A stretch of DNA of 64,000 nt from Camelus ferus. Lineage: Eukaryota. The notes under the pieces were generated by a model. That model searched no databases. It was not told the DNA's origin and was given only the letters and a program-made list of their open reading frames with translations. The stretch is from assembly GCF_009834535.1 (NCBI RefSeq), contig NC_045696.1:52888001-52952000 (forward strand). Reading direction: 5' to 3'. The translations under genes and the position numbers were made by a program. This document shows, piece after piece, positions 49,895 to 63,130 of this stretch (position 1 is its first letter; the number at the start of each line of letters is the position of its first letter).

Positions 49895-50399
49895 ACATGA
49901 ATATGGATATATGTAGTGTGTGTCTGAATGAGTGTGAATGGGGTGTCTGAAATGTGAATGGTTAGCATCTACTTTGTTTACTTCTTTCTTTCCTGCATCT
50001 AGAAATGCTACAGAATAGGTTTTGTTATTTTCCCCACTCACTCAAGTTTCCACAGAAACCTCAGGTTGCAAGAGGTAGGTGTTGATAGATTGAAGTTGGT
50101 GGATTCTCTGGAGTAGTTAAATCTGGGGTTGAAAAACTGAATGTACTATAATCATTTATCCTTGAAAAATAAAAATATATCTTTCATATATATTACGTAT
50201 GTTCTCTCTCGATCTCTATCTCTGTCTCTCTCTACACACACAAACACGAACACAAACACACACATGCACACATTTCAGTTAAGTTTGCTTCAACCTGATG
50301 AGTCGGTGATTCTGGAAAAATGCAAACGCCTCAGCCTCAGCGAGGTATATGAGAGGTTTTATAACATACTTTCTGAAAGTCATTTAACGAAAAGAGACG

Positions 50400-50560
50400 A
50401 GAATAGCATAGTAGTCTAAAGCATTCTGGAGGCTAACTGGGTTTAAATCCCAACGTCACCACTTGCTTGCTGTGAGGTCTTATAAAAACTTGGCCTAAGC
50501 CTCAGAATTCTCCTCTGCAAAGCTAGAGATAGTAATGGTTATTTGTAGGATCATCGTAAG
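50400..50560 (+). mobile_element. MIR SINE relic
   Basis: TAGCATAGTAG...CTGGGTTTAAATCCCA...CACCACTTGCTTGCTGTGA...AAGCCTCAG...TCCTCTGCAAA. Confidence 0.7.
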
Positions 50561-50569
50561 TATTTTTGG

Positions 50570-52305
50570 AGTATTGTTAAGTATAAGCACACTGTTGTAG
50601 AGCAGATCTCTGGAACATTTCATCTTGCACAACTGAAACTCTATATTCATTGAACAGCAACACTCTCATTTCTCCCTTCCCCAGCCACTAGTAACCATTA
50701 TTCTACAGTTGACCCTAGAACAACATGGGTTTGAACAGTGTGGGCCCACTTATACACGGACATTTTTCAATACTAAATACTACAATACACATGATCTGCG
50801 ATTGGTTGAATCTGTGGATGCAGAACCGTTGACACAGGAAGAACCATGTATAGAGAGAACGGACTATAAGTTATAAGTAGATTTTTGACTACATAGAAGT
50901 TCAGTGCCCCTAACCCATGAATTGTTCAAGGGTCAACTGGATTTTCTGTTTCCATGGATTTGACTACTTTAGATACCTCATACAACTGGAATAATGCAGT
51001 ACTTGTTCTTCTGTGACTGGCTTATTTCACAGAGCACAATGTCCTCAAGGTTCAATTATGTTGCAGCATGACAGGATTTCCTTCTTTTTCATGGCTGAAT
51101 AATATCCCACTTTATGTATATATCACATTTTCTTTATCCATTCAATGACCGACAGACATTTAGATTGTTTCTACCTCTTGTCTATTATGAATATGGCTGC
51201 AATGAACATGGGGGTGCAAATATCGCTTAGATACCCTGATTTCAATTCTTTGGATACACACCCAGAAGTGAGATTACTGGGTTATATAGTAGTCCTAGTT
51301 CTAATTTTTTGAGAAAACTCACACTGTTTTCTATATTGGCTACACCAATTTACATTTCCACCAACAGTGCACAAGGATTCCAATTTCTCCATATCTTCTC
51401 CAACACTTCTTAGTTTCAGTTTTGTTTTGTTTTGTTTATAATAGCCATCCTAATAGGCATGAGGAGCTCCTCACTGTAGTTCTGATTTGCATTTCCCTGA
51501 TAATTAATAATGCTGAGCATCTTTTCATATACATGTTGGCCATTTGTATGTCTATCTATGTCCATTTAAAATTTTTTTTCTGTTTAGTGAGATCTCAAAT
51601 TTGTTAAGAGTTGTTTTGTGATCTAACCTGTGATCCATCCTGGAGTGTGTTCTTGTGTGCATGAGAAGAATGTGTATTCTACTCCTGTTAGGTGGAATGT
51701 TCTACATGTGTATCTGTTAGGTCATTTGTTCTATAATATTCTTCAACTCTTTTTGTCTCTCTGGATCTTTTGTCTGGATGTTTTATCCATTACTGAAAGT
51801 GATATATTGAAATTTGCTACTATTATTGTGTTGCTATCTATTTCTCCACTCAGTTCTAGCAATATATTTGCTTCATATATTTGGGTGCTCTGATGTTGGG
51901 TGCTTATGTATTTGTAATTAATATATCTTCCCAGTGAATTGACTCTTTTATCATTATATAATGTTCTTCTTTGTCTCTTTTGACAGTTTTTGACTTAAAG
52001 TCTACTTTGTCTAATATAAATAAAACCAGCCTGTTTTCTTTTGATTACCAACTGCATGAAACATATTTTTCCATTCTTTCACTTTCAGTCATATGTGTCC
52101 TTAAATCTAAAGCAAGTCTCTCATAGCCAGCATATAATTGAATCTTGCCTCTTTATCCATTCAACCACTCTATGTCTTTTGATTGAAATTTAATCCATTT
52201 ACACTTAAAGTAATTATTGACAGGGAAGAGCTTACTATTGCCATTTTGTTCATTGTTTTCTGCCTGTTTTGTAGCATTTTTGTCCCTCTTTTACTCTTTT
52301 GCTCT
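50570..52305 (-). mobile_element. L1MA/MB-like element: 3' region joined to the ORF2 endonuclease start
   Basis: Antisense 3'UTR and ORF2 C-terminus at 50570-51555; from ~51600 endonuclease sequence; minus-strand ATG at 52244 reads MAIVSSSLSIITLSVNGLN (ITLNVNGLN motif). Confidence 0.88.
50706..50939. mobile_element. Tigger2/MER8-like MITE nested in L1
   Basis: TIRs CAGTTGACCCTAGAACAA and TTGTTCAAGGGTCAACTG (17/18 complementary); TA on the left, GA on the right. Confidence 0.9.
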
Positions 52306-52314
52306 TATACTGTA

Positions 52315-52642
52315 GCTTCTGCCTAGAATGGCCTTTCCTACTCGGTGAACTTCTACTTAGCCTTCTAGAAGAAGTCTGAATGTAATGTTAATTGTAAGTC
52401 ACCAAAGAAAAACACCCTCTTCTAAAATATTCATAGCATGTTTCACATTTTAACTTTAGAACACTTACCACATACTATTATAATGAGTTTCAGTATTATT
52501 TGTCTTGGAAGTTTTTCAGGAGAGGGATACTACCTAAACTGATCTGTGTTTCTATTCCTGACACCTGTCTTCTCTATTTTCTGTCCAGTATCCAGCAAGG
52601 TGACTGGCATGAGGTGTTTATTAAATGTTTGCCAATTGAATT
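52315..52642 (+). mobile_element. L2 LINE 3' end
   Basis: TCTGCCTAGAATGGCCTTTCC...GGTGAACTTCTACT...CTGGCATGAGGTGTTTATTAAATGTTTG. Confidence 0.65.
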
Positions 52643-53319
52643 ATATAGGGTAGCCATGCTGCTTTCCCTGAATCCCTAGGAAACCTGATTCAGTTTTACA
52701 TTAGCAAGAGATAATAAAGTTTTGTTCTTTCTTAATTTTAATTTTTTGGCCTTGACTAAAATTCTCAGCAAAAAAGAAATGTCAGTGGATTTATTCTGTA
52801 TGGTTCTATAATAGGGAATTCATAAGCATGGCAAAGAGAATGTTGAAATTAAAAGAAACCTTACTGATTGCCTAAGCATTACTTCTCATTTATTACAGAG
52901 GTAAAGCAACTTATCTAAAGTCACTTAGCCTTTTAGGAAGAGTGAAGACATTGCTTCATTTTGGGTTTGGGTGGAAGGTAATTTTGAAAGATTATTTCAT
53001 TGAACATTACCTAGGCTGATGAAATAGGGCAAATTTTCTGTTGCTGTTGTCCTACGGAATTCTTCATTAAGTCTCTTAGGAAGGCATTATAGGGGAATAC
53101 AATACCTTTTAAAAAACTACATTAGAAATTATGCATAGATAAACTAGAAACCCATCTTACTTTATTCCATACACTCAAATCCTTCTAAAACATAGTCTTA
53201 TTTCTCTGTTAGTATTGCACAGCACTTAGGCCCAGGCTAAAGAATCTCCCTGATGTGGGTCTTACCCTTCAGCGGGCCCTGTTCTGGCCCTTTTCTGGCC
53301 ATTATGCTCTTCATGAGAC

Positions 53320-53892
53320 AAGGAATCCATGGGACTAATGGGACATGCCTTCCCACAGCCAGTATCGATTACCCCACAACCATCTAGACAACGCTCTAGG
53401 TATATGGGACCCCAAAACCCCCTGCCCATATGGCTCTTAGTCTGCTCCCAGGCTCTGCCTAGGCTTCCTTCTGCCTGGTTTACCTTCTTTGGAGGGTAGG
53501 CCATGTATTAGGTATGTGTATTCTTAAACCCAGGTGGTGGACAAAGGACACCTCTGTATGGGGAGTGTGTATGGATATTGGACACATGGGCCAGGGTGCC
53601 ACACATGTGTTTGGAAGGCTGTTTGTGCTGTGAGGCAAAGCCAAGTGTGGAAAGAAGAGAGGAATGGGCTATGAGCCAGGACCCAGATTCAGCTCTCAAC
53701 ACCACCACATTCTGGCACAGAACTCTGAGGTATTCAAGAATTTCAAACTTGGCTTCCATACCTTTTAAAAATAATTTTGTAAGTTAGAAGATACAATTTT
53801 TAAACTTTTCTTTTAGCTTTAAAATATATATCTATTAGGTTATGGGCCTCCATTTGCATTTTTACTACAGGACCCAGCATTAGGGGATGCCC
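53320..53892. mobile_element. hAT-Tip100 non-autonomous relic (MER115-like)
   Basis: End TATGGGCCTCCATTTGCATTTTT...CAGGACCCAGCATTAGGGGATGCCCT resembles a recalled Tip100-type terminus; left boundary uncertain. Confidence 0.45.
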
Positions 53893-54369
53893 TACCTGCT
53901 TTGGTAAGTATTAAGTATCACAAAAAAGACTAGATTTGTTCTGATAATTGCAACCTGTACAACAATATAGATTAGAGACATTATAAATATTTTTGGAGTG
54001 TAGCTAATATGAACTGACCCTGAAACTTACCTTGAAAGTTCTTCCTAATTAAATTCTGTTATTTGCTCATTTATTTCAAATTTTGCTTTTTATTCTAAAC
54101 ATGGAATGCCGCTGATTGAGTGTTCCAGTTAATTGGGTCAATCAACATTTTTCTGAATAACATTATTTATGAACTGATAGAAGATGTTGACATGCATAGT
54201 GCAGGAAAACAAGAAGAGGAGAGGCTGAATCAATGGGAGGAATTTTATAAGGCAAACCAGATGCATTTAACCATGCTTCTGGGAAAATAATAGGTTCAAA
54301 AGGCAAAATGGTGGAAGAAAACTGAACAACATAAGTGGTAAGCACATAAGATACAAAGAAAATAACAGA

Positions 54370-54780
54370 AAAGGATCACAGTACATCCTGGAGTGCATTA
54401 AAAAGAAAAAACTTGCAAGGGAGTATGTTGAACTATTGTGTGAAATCTATGAAGAAATGTGGAAAACAGGCGCCTGGAGATGAGCCGATGCCTCCAAGAC
54501 CACAGGCAATGCTGTGTAAATTCTGGGAACTGCACTTTAAAAGGAGTATGAGCACTGGGAGTATGTTTAAATGAGGTGACTGGGATGATAACGAGGGATC
54601 AAGAGAAAAGTGCTGTCTTCAAATACCCGAAGGACTGCCACATGCAAGTAAACTTCTTCATAGTCCCAGAAGACATAAGGGCAAAGAACAGGAAGCCACA
54701 GGGAAACAGGTTTTGAACAAATATATACATGAACAAGCTCCTAGCATTGGGAGCTCATCTACACAGTTCCACAGGACAGA
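54370..54780 (+). mobile_element. L3/CR1 LINE 3' relic
   Basis: TGCTGTGTAAATTCTGGGAACTGCACTTTAAAAGGA...GCTGTCTTCAAATACCCGAAGGACTGCCACATG...GGAAGCCACAGGGAAACAGGTTTT. Confidence 0.75.
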
Positions 54781-55049
54781 GAAAAATGTTTGCTGTGTTC
54801 ACAACTGGATCACAAGTGTAACAGTTCTTAAACCTGGTTGAACAGCTGATGGAACTTTTTGGAAAAACAGGCATACTTAGCTCCCATTACCAGAAATTTG
54901 GATTTATGCAATCTTGCAGGGGTATGCTCCCCTGAAGTCTTGAACTGTTCCAGAGGAGTGCTTATGTGTATTATGAGTCAAGAATCCTTGTCCTACTGTG
55001 ATATAGAAGGCCTAGCACATGCTAAGAGCTTATTCATTTATTGACTCTG

Positions 55050-55375
55050 AACCTTTGCACTCACTGTCTTCTTTGCTTAGAACATTATTCTCCAGACTTC
55101 TGAAAGTTTTGCTCCTTTGCTTCACTCAGATCTAAAATAGGCCCATCTCACATTCTCTCATCACGTCCCTTTGCCTTGCTTTCTTTTTCTTCTTTGTACT
55201 TACCCCTTACCTGAAATTCTGTTTGTTTATCTGTCTTTTGGTCTCTTTGCCACTAGAATATAGGTTCCACGAGAACAGCACCTTTGTTTTATTCACTGCT
55301 GCATATTCATGGCTTAGAAGCCTGGGGAATCACAAATGCTCAATAAATATCTCTTAAATTATTAAAGAGTAGATA
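55050..55375 (+). mobile_element. L2 LINE 3' end
   Basis: CCTTTGCACTCACTGTC...CCACTAGAATATAGGTTCCACGAGAACAG...TTCACTGCTG...TGCTCAATAAATAT. Confidence 0.8.
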
Positions 55376-55909
55376 AAAATATTAATGAGGGCTTGTTGAT
55401 TGGTCTATGGTTTGACTGACAGATTGAGAGACAACCCACCCTCCCTCAGAGGGGAAGTTGTTCAAGCAGAGGCTAGCTGACCAGTTTTTGAGGATGCTTT
55501 GGGGGAAATCATGCATCATATGGAAGGTTGATCTCAAAAGTTTCTTCCCAGCCACAAAGATTAGATAGGGGAGGGTGAAGAAGAAGACAAGGAGAGATTC
55601 TGGCAAACAAGGCAGCAGAATTAAGAAGGAACTAGAGAGCATTGGAGTGAAACAGCTTGCTGAGAAGCTGGCTACTGCAGCTGACTTGCTGAAATATTCA
55701 CCACACTCTGAAATAACAGATGCGCACCGAGGGATCCGTGCGAGCATTTGTAATCGGCTGCTTTCTATGCCTTTCTCCTCCTACCTGCTTCCCACACACA
55801 GCAGCCTGCTGCCTGTCCGTCCACTCCCAGAAAGCCTTTTTCCTTCTTCCCCAAAGAAAGGACTAGTCTCACCCCACCTAACCACGGTCATATATTATTC
55901 CATTCTTGA

Positions 55910-56235
55910 AGCAAAGGACCTGCACTCCGCCTTCCCTCAACTCATTGTCTTTCTCTCTTTCTTCTCCTACTCCTCACCCTTGCTCACTCTTCTTGGCCTT
56001 CTTTAAACACGCGAGGCCTGCCCTGACCTCGGGGCTTCACTCTGGCTGCACTCTTTGCCTAGGAAGACCTTCCTCCAAAGGCCGCTTGACTCCCTCCCTC
56101 CCCTGCTTCTCTGTTCAAATCTCACCATCTTAGTGAGTCTGATTTGACAACCCTATTTAAAACAGCAACTCTGCCCTCTCCACAAAGTCCTGAGACCATT
56201 TTCTGGCTCCTTATTTTTCACTGTTCCATGTACTT
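55910..56235 (+). mobile_element. L2 LINE fragment
   Basis: CTTGGCCTTCTTTAAACAC...CCTGACCTCGGGGCTT...TGCCTAGGAAGACCTTCC...TCAAATCTCACCATCTTAGTGAG...ACCCTATTTAAAA. Confidence 0.7.
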
Positions 56236-57219
56236 CTTGCTTGGGGTGGGGCTCCAACACCAGCTTCATCCATTTTATACTTGGGTCTGATGCATATTTA
56301 ATTAAGAAAAAAACCTAATTCAGTCAAAATTGCAGACTTGTTTTTGAGACTCAGAATGCAGCCTTTTAACCTTGTGGCTCCATAGCTAAAAGAAAGAATA
56401 AACACCTAATAGGAATCTATCATGGGTCAAGCAGAGGGTTAGGTGCTCTGTTTTCATTCTTTTTATCTGAGCACCTTCTTTAGGAGGGATGCTGGGAGAG
56501 TCAAGAGTAATAATATTGCTATTATGTGGTTAACACGCTACCAGAGAAAGGAGGGAATTTCTTAGGGAAGTCTCCCACTAAGTACATTCTTAGGGAGATC
56601 AAGCTGGGAAAACCAGGCTACAACAAGGAAAAATATACGAAGGAAGAAAACTCACTCCAGCTGAGTGGGACTAGCATTTATTATCTTTATTTCTTAATTT
56701 TGTATCACTGAGAAGCCCACAGACCAATGAACCTTTGTGAATCTTTTGGTTTGAACAGCTTCAAAGCACAGCAGAATATTTCATTGGTGGCCTAGGCCTT
56801 TGCATTTTCCACTTTGACAGATGACAGATTAACAGTTACCTCTGTCTTTGGAAGTTTCTCCCCCTAAACACTTTGATATTGTGGGGTTTTTTCCCCTGGC
56901 TTTTCCTGTTTTGGGGAGGTCATCTGGTCCTCCATGTCCAGATACGAGGGATGAGGATGTGAGCCTGAAAATCTTGAGGGCATATTCTGTTGCTTTTTTT
57001 TTTTTTTTTTGCCTTAAATTTTACAAAGACAGGAAGACAAAACAAATTTTACCTTAAATCAAAGCGAGTCTCAGGTTCTTTAATGAACACTTCTGTTCTT
57101 GCAGAAAATGCGATAAGGTCAATGTTGACTGCAGATGATGAGCAACCAAGTTGGGTGTTTATTCTGAATATATCACTGCCAGTACTACCCTTGGCAGAAC
57201 CTGCTTCCTCCTTTCATCC

Positions 57220-57229
57220 GGGATTTCCC
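57220..57229 (+). promoter_or_regulatory. Candidate NF-kB site
   Basis: GGGATTTCCC fits the consensus GGGRNWYYCC; motif only. Confidence 0.3.
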
Positions 57230-57769
57230 ACCAGATGGGGAGAGAGAGCTCATTACTAACCAGGAGGGGAGAGCTGCTGCTAACACCCACAGCAGCAGTT
57301 CAGTCAACCCCTTCATTACTCTTCCTTCTGCCCAAACTCCCGGCAGCCTCCAGTGAAAACCTTGGCCATGGCACGCTGCAAATCCCAGGGCCCCTCAGTA
57401 ATGCCTCACTTTTCATGGAGGTCATGACTAAGCCAAGCAAGACTTTCTTTGCCTGCCCCCAGCTGAGTGACCTGCTTTCACAGCAGCACGATTTCTCTAA
57501 TGAGATTGTTTCACAAAGAGAAGAATGAAATCAAATGTCAAAGGTTGGATCAAAGTGATTCTTATACTCTGAGGCACAGGGTCAGACTGCAGGTACAAAT
57601 CAGCTCTTGGACCAGAGAGGGTCCTGTTGAGAGCACCCGCTGCCCCACCACCCTAATGTCTCTCCTTTCTCCTTGTCATGACCCACCTTTAAAATTGTAG
57701 AAAGGATCTCCTATGCAAATACTTCAATTGATTTCAAGAAAGATTCATGGACTATCTAACACATAGCTA

Positions 57770-57945
57770 TTCTTTTGAGCATTTAGCACATCTGACACAC
57801 ATTCCTGTATTCATTCCCACCAGGTAGGAACTATTATTACTCCAGGTTTATTAAAGGAAAAACTGAGGCTCAGAAGTGTTGAGTAATTTGCCCCAAAACA
57901 CTGTTAGTAAGTAGCAGAGTGGAGATTTTAATCCAGTTTCAACCT
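57770..57945 (-). mobile_element. MIR SINE relic
   Basis: AGGTAGGAACTATTATTA...AAACTGAGGCTCAGA...GTAATTTGCCC...TAGTAAGTAGCAGAG...GATTTTAATCCAG. Confidence 0.75.
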
Positions 57946-58629
57946 TCTCCAAAATTTATGAGCCCAAACCCTAAGACACAGCAAATAATAAAAATCTAGC
58001 ACTGAGCTGGGCAACAAGGAGGGTGCAGAGAAGAAAGAGACCAGGTTGTGGCTTTGAACATATGACAACGCAGTGGTTGAAATAGATATGAACTTAAATT
58101 ATAGAAAGACAATATAAGGAAGAATGTGAAAATTGTGGGCCTGAGTCTTCTGACCACAGTGCCCACACTCTTAACGTCTATGTATTCTGACTGACAGGGA
58201 ACATTTTTATAGAGGAATTGCAATTTTAGCTGGCCCTGAAAGGATATGGTTTTTATAGGAAAAGTTTCTTTGGAAGAAAAGGGTGTAGGTCATTCCAGGC
58301 AGTGAGAAAATGTGTACAAAGGCTCAGATGTGGGATAAGATTGCAGGGTGGATTCCAGAATCACTGACTATCATGGATAGAAAGGAGAAACGGTTTGTAG
58401 CTAAAGCTAAAGCCTAAAGAACCATTATCCAGATGCTGTTTTGTACACACAGTACAACTTATACATTAGAAAGATCACAGGGTGGTCAATCTGGAGGAAA
58501 AATCAAAATACATGGTACAGTTCTGTACATCATCTCTAGATAGTCTATGTTTATCAGTTCTTTGTCTTTTCTAACATGGTAGTCATTTAAAGAATCGTGT
58601 CTATATCATTACTTCATTTACTAGGGGAA

Positions 58630-59880
58630 TATTCATCCGATCAAAAATATTTTCTGATTCCTAACAATGTACAAGTCACTGGATAAGTAAGTGAAATGGC
58701 CAGGGAATGCACATTCAATTGAAGAAATACAATTCAATTCAAATGAAGAGATAAATCACTGGCACAAACAACATGCTGAACAATGAGCACATAATGAAGA
58801 TAGGAGGTGATACGGTTGTTAGATGAAAGAGCTGAAACGGAACCAGTCCTTGAGCATCGCTTTAACTGATAATGACTCGGGGGAAGAAAGACAAAACAAA
58901 GGAGGGGGATGAGAGTGAGTGAAGTGAGAGCTAGTAGTTGAGGAGGGCCAGAGCACAGAACTCACAAAAGGGAGTGATCTAAGTCTGGACACGGATGAGA
59001 AGGTGCTGTCTCTGTCATGCATGCCAAACTGAGTATGGACTCTACTAGGACAGCAGTGGGAAACCACTGAAGGTTGTTCATGGTGTAGTGACAAGAGGAG
59101 AGATTCAGAGCATTAGAAAATTTGACTCTGCAGTGCTAACTTTGAATGGTTTGGAGATGGAGAGACTGGAAGTGGGAAAGATCAGTTGCAACTCTACAGC
59201 TATTGCTCAAGCAAGTGGTAATGATAGTGACAATGAAAAGGATGGGATGGCTTGAAAGCTGTTACAGAGAGAAGATTAACAGGCTTTGTGGATGACTAAA
59301 TTTAGGAAACAAAGGAGAAAGAAAAATCAGGATAATGCTAGAAGAGTAGAGAAAGAATTATTAATATTAAGAGAAACTAGTTGTCATGCAAAAAGATCTA
59401 CTGGCCATGTTGAAACTGAGGTATCTGATAGACACCCAGGTAAAATAATCAGTCAGCAGAGAAATTCAGGTCTAGAGTTCAGAACAGTCTGCTTTTAAAC
59501 TCTGGACTTTATAGGCATAGAGCAGCTCTGGAAGAACATGTAGGGAGAGATCACTGGCAGAAAAATAAGGAGTATCTATATTCAGGTGACAAGGAGATGA
59601 ACAGCCAGCTAAAGAGTTAGCAGAACCTTGGCGAAGTGTTACAGGACACGGAGAGGAGTCAACAGTGTCAAAAGCTGCAGTGCTGTTGGTGTTGGTAACT
59701 TTCTAGGGAGAAAACAGTAGAGTGTTTGGGACAGCAGTCAGCAAGTAGAATTAATATGGGCCAAGGAAGCAGGGATAGTAAATCTAATCCATCCTTTTCA
59801 CAATGTTGACACTAAGGAAAAAAGAAAGATGGAGCAGTAGCTTGAGGCACTAGCAGTGTTCCAGGGAAGTTTTACAATGG
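58630..59880 (-). mobile_element. Long decayed L2 LINE
   Basis: Purine-rich antisense L2 signatures: CAGTGGGAAACCACTGAAGGTT, GAGACTGGAAGTGGGAAAGATCAGTT, CAACAGTGTCAAAAGCTGCAG. Confidence 0.7.
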
Positions 59881-60545
59881 AATACATAATTCTACCAATG
59901 TCTTTTGAATATGGCCTTGGAAATCAAAAGTTTACATTTATTCACCCTAAAATAGTTCTCCCAAATGGTTTCCTTAAATGTGTAGTTTACACTGTGTTCT
60001 AAATGTATTATTGAACCAAATAAAAGTCCTATGTAAAATACAAGTGTACTATATTTTATTTGAACCTTTGGACCCTGAGAAGTTGGACAGGGCATTATGT
60101 AAACTAGCAGTACTTGATGAACTAATGGTTTGAGCAGATAGAGTATGTGTTCTGACATTAAGTCAAACTGTTTTCTTTTCTGCACAGATTACTTAAGTCT
60201 GACTCTGCTTCTATATGTAGAGGAATTTTGTAGGTGATAGTCCCGGGTATGTCACTGACCAGCTCTGTAGCCTGGGACAAATTAATTGGCTTATATGAGC
60301 CCCTACACCATTTTCTAAAAATAAAAATTCCAGACTCAATCTCTAAGGTACATAGCAGCTAGAACATGTTATGTTTTCCCTTCCTTGTTCTAGCCATATT
60401 TGGGGAATGGTATTGAAAGTGTTATGTACATATGATGGGTAGGATTAGAAAATTGGTCAGGCTTTAAGAGAAAAAATTGCAAAAACTGAGCACTGAATTA
60501 TGTATTTGGAAATAAGGACAAGGTGTGGATGAGACCAAATATACC

Positions 60546-60604
60546 AATTTACCAATGGGGAAAAATTCACCAATGGAAAAAAAAATTCATCAATGGGAAA
60601 AAAA
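60546..60604. repeat. Short tandem repeat, 3 copies of ~18-21 bp
   Basis: AATTTACCAATGGGGAAA / AATTCACCAATGGAAAAAAA / AATTCATCAATGGGAAAAAAA. Confidence 0.8.
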
Positions 60605-61170
60605 GAGAATAATAGTTTCTGGAAAGTTAAATGTAATCTTGAAAAAGAAAATAATATAAGAGGATAATTTGATAAACAAAAGATGGAAGCATAAGTCTTT
60701 ATGTGGTCATACTACACTTCCAGACAAGGGTTTTCTGTTGGTTTAATGAATCAGAATCCCTATGGTAGTCTTCCAATCCATAATAATTTTGCCAGACAGC
60801 TGACAGACTCTTTGGCTGTATCCTATTTGGGAAATGGGAAAGGAGAGAAGAGGGAGGAAGGAAACAGAGGAAGTAAATCTCATTTAACAGGCAATTTTGT
60901 TACCATGCTCAGTTTCAGATGAAGAAAGTCTTGATTCTGAGGATGATGGATGAGCTGAAAATATGAGAGGCCCAGAGAGATGACTCCTCTGTTTTCCGTG
61001 AAAATGATGTGGGATAAAGAGCACCCTGAGAAAGTCAAGTGGAAAGAACCACAAACAATGGCAAACTGTAATCTTGCCTTCATGGTTCTTGGGAGGCGGT
61101 GGACAGAGTGTGTGTTATACTTCACATGCTGCTGGTCCCAGCAGAATGGAAATCTTTTAGCCATAGGTGG

Positions 61171-61513
61171 TGCTATGGTCTGAATGTCATCCCTCCCCTC
61201 AAATTATATGCTGAAATCTTAACCCCCAAGGTGATGAAATTTGGAGGTGGGGTCCTTGGGAGGTGATCAGGTCATGAATCAGCCCTTGTTAACATAATTA
61301 GTGCCCTTGTAAAAGAGGTACTAGAGAACTCCATTATCCTTTCTGCCATGTGAGGTTGCAGTGAAAAGATAACTATCTAGGAAGCTGGTTCTCATCAGAC
61401 ACTGAATCTGCCAGAGCCTTGATTTTGGACTTTGCAGCCTCCAGAACTGTGAGAAATAAATAAGCCACTCATATTATAGTGTTTTGCTATAGTGACCCAA
61501 ATGGACTGAGACA
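61171..61513 (+). mobile_element. MaLR solo LTR (MLT1A-like)
   Basis: TGCTATGGTCTGAATGT...GCCATGTGAGG...CAGCCTCCAGAACTGTGAGAAATAAA...GGACTGAGACA. Confidence 0.92.
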
Positions 61514-63034
61514 GCTGCTCTGCTATTTTCTACCAAGTTATATCTTCATCCCCTCTCCACTGCCCTGGGACAGGATTTCAAAAGGCCTGTGTTATTAGGA
61601 GTTGGTTGGGTAGCTGCACTTCATTTCTTTCTGATTTTGAGACATTGCTCTCTCTCTGCTCCTGCTGTATTTTACATGAGAAAAGACTCCCATCTCAGAG
61701 TGGCAGAATGGGGGATGTCTTTGGGGAAAGTAGGAAAGGAAGAGACAAGGATTTTTCACATCATGACAATTTCAAGAAACAGCAAAATGTTTTAGTATCT
61801 GTAAAAGCTAGCAAGGTGTCATGACACTTCTCAGCTGTAAATAGCACCCTTTCAGAACCCGAAACGTGATTTGGGGTGTCCTGCCAGTCTCCATTCTTTC
61901 CTTCTCACCACGCACGCTGTAACATCTGTCCCAGGCAATCCCATCAGCTGTGACTTTGTGATCTGACCAAACCTTCACTATTCTGGTATTAAATTGGATT
62001 TGAACTTGGGTCTCAATTCAGTACAGTTCAATTAACATTTATTGAACACCCACCAGGCAAGGTCTTTAACCTTCTCTGTAAGTCACATCCAAACCCCGTT
62101 AAACAAGCAAATTGAACTGGAAGTCTGAAAGAATCATACTTTCTTAGCATCCACCTGGTATCTTTCAGTGTTTTGCTGCTTTAAATACCTCAGGTTTGCT
62201 TTAGAGAGCAATATTACTCGGTAGCTGAGATTGCTGAGAGGCTACATTTCATGTGGACCTTTACTCAGGTCAGGAAAGTGGGTTCTACCAAAGATCCTGT
62301 CTGTCAGATTTAAATGGTAGGTCAAGACGAACATGGTCACAGATTTGAATTGCTGCTACTGGCACTTCAGATATCAAAACAGTGCTTCATGCTTTTATTA
62401 ATTGGATGCTTCCCCTCTTTACTATTTATTAATCAATTTTGAAAATACAGAGAGAGAGTGAGGTGTCATGGAAAGAGAACCTTTCATCGGCCATAAGATG
62501 GTTGTGGAACTCTGGACAAATTACTTGATCTTACCTGTATTCCTATTTCAGTAACATCTATCACAAAATATCTAGCACATTGGATGGTCAATTCTTAAAT
62601 TTACATGGGTCATTAAATGATGTCCTTTATATATATAAAGAGAAAATCATTAAACTGGTTCTGTCCTCTCTATTCAAATGTGTTTTAAATGTTTAGTTTG
62701 TTTGAGAGAGTGATAACATTATTACCACAGCAATATGATTGCCAAAATAATATTTTCTTGATTGAGGGCAGTGGTCAGAAAACCAACAGAGGATATGCTT
62801 GACAGCCTCCTTTTGACTTTAGTCTTGATAAAAAATTGGATGTGATGATAAAAGGTAATTTTTGCTCTGGCTTTTCAGAGAGTTGACAAAGACCTATCAG
62901 TATTCTGCAGAGTTAAGGAAGATAAGTGAGACTTCTAGGCGATAAGGGAAAACAGCAATCTAGAACACTAGCCTTTGGGAACCAGAGTCAGGGGGTGGAT
63001 TTTTTAAGCCAGGGAAAAAGTCATGTCCAAAGGT

Positions 63035-63130
63035 AATTTATTCAACTCATTTATTTATAAAATATTGAGGTCCTACAATATTCTGGGCACAGTTCTAGAT
63101 GTGGGAAATACATATAACAGATCATACAGT
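63035..63130 (-). mobile_element. L2 LINE 3' end
   Basis: ATTCAACTCATTTATTTAT...ATATTGAGGTCCTACAATATTCTGGGCACAGTTCTAGATG. Confidence 0.6.

Noticed and set aside
49344..49898. 184-aa minus-strand ORF
   Set aside because: Starts within a (CA)n repeat and has no recognisable domain or clear exon structure.
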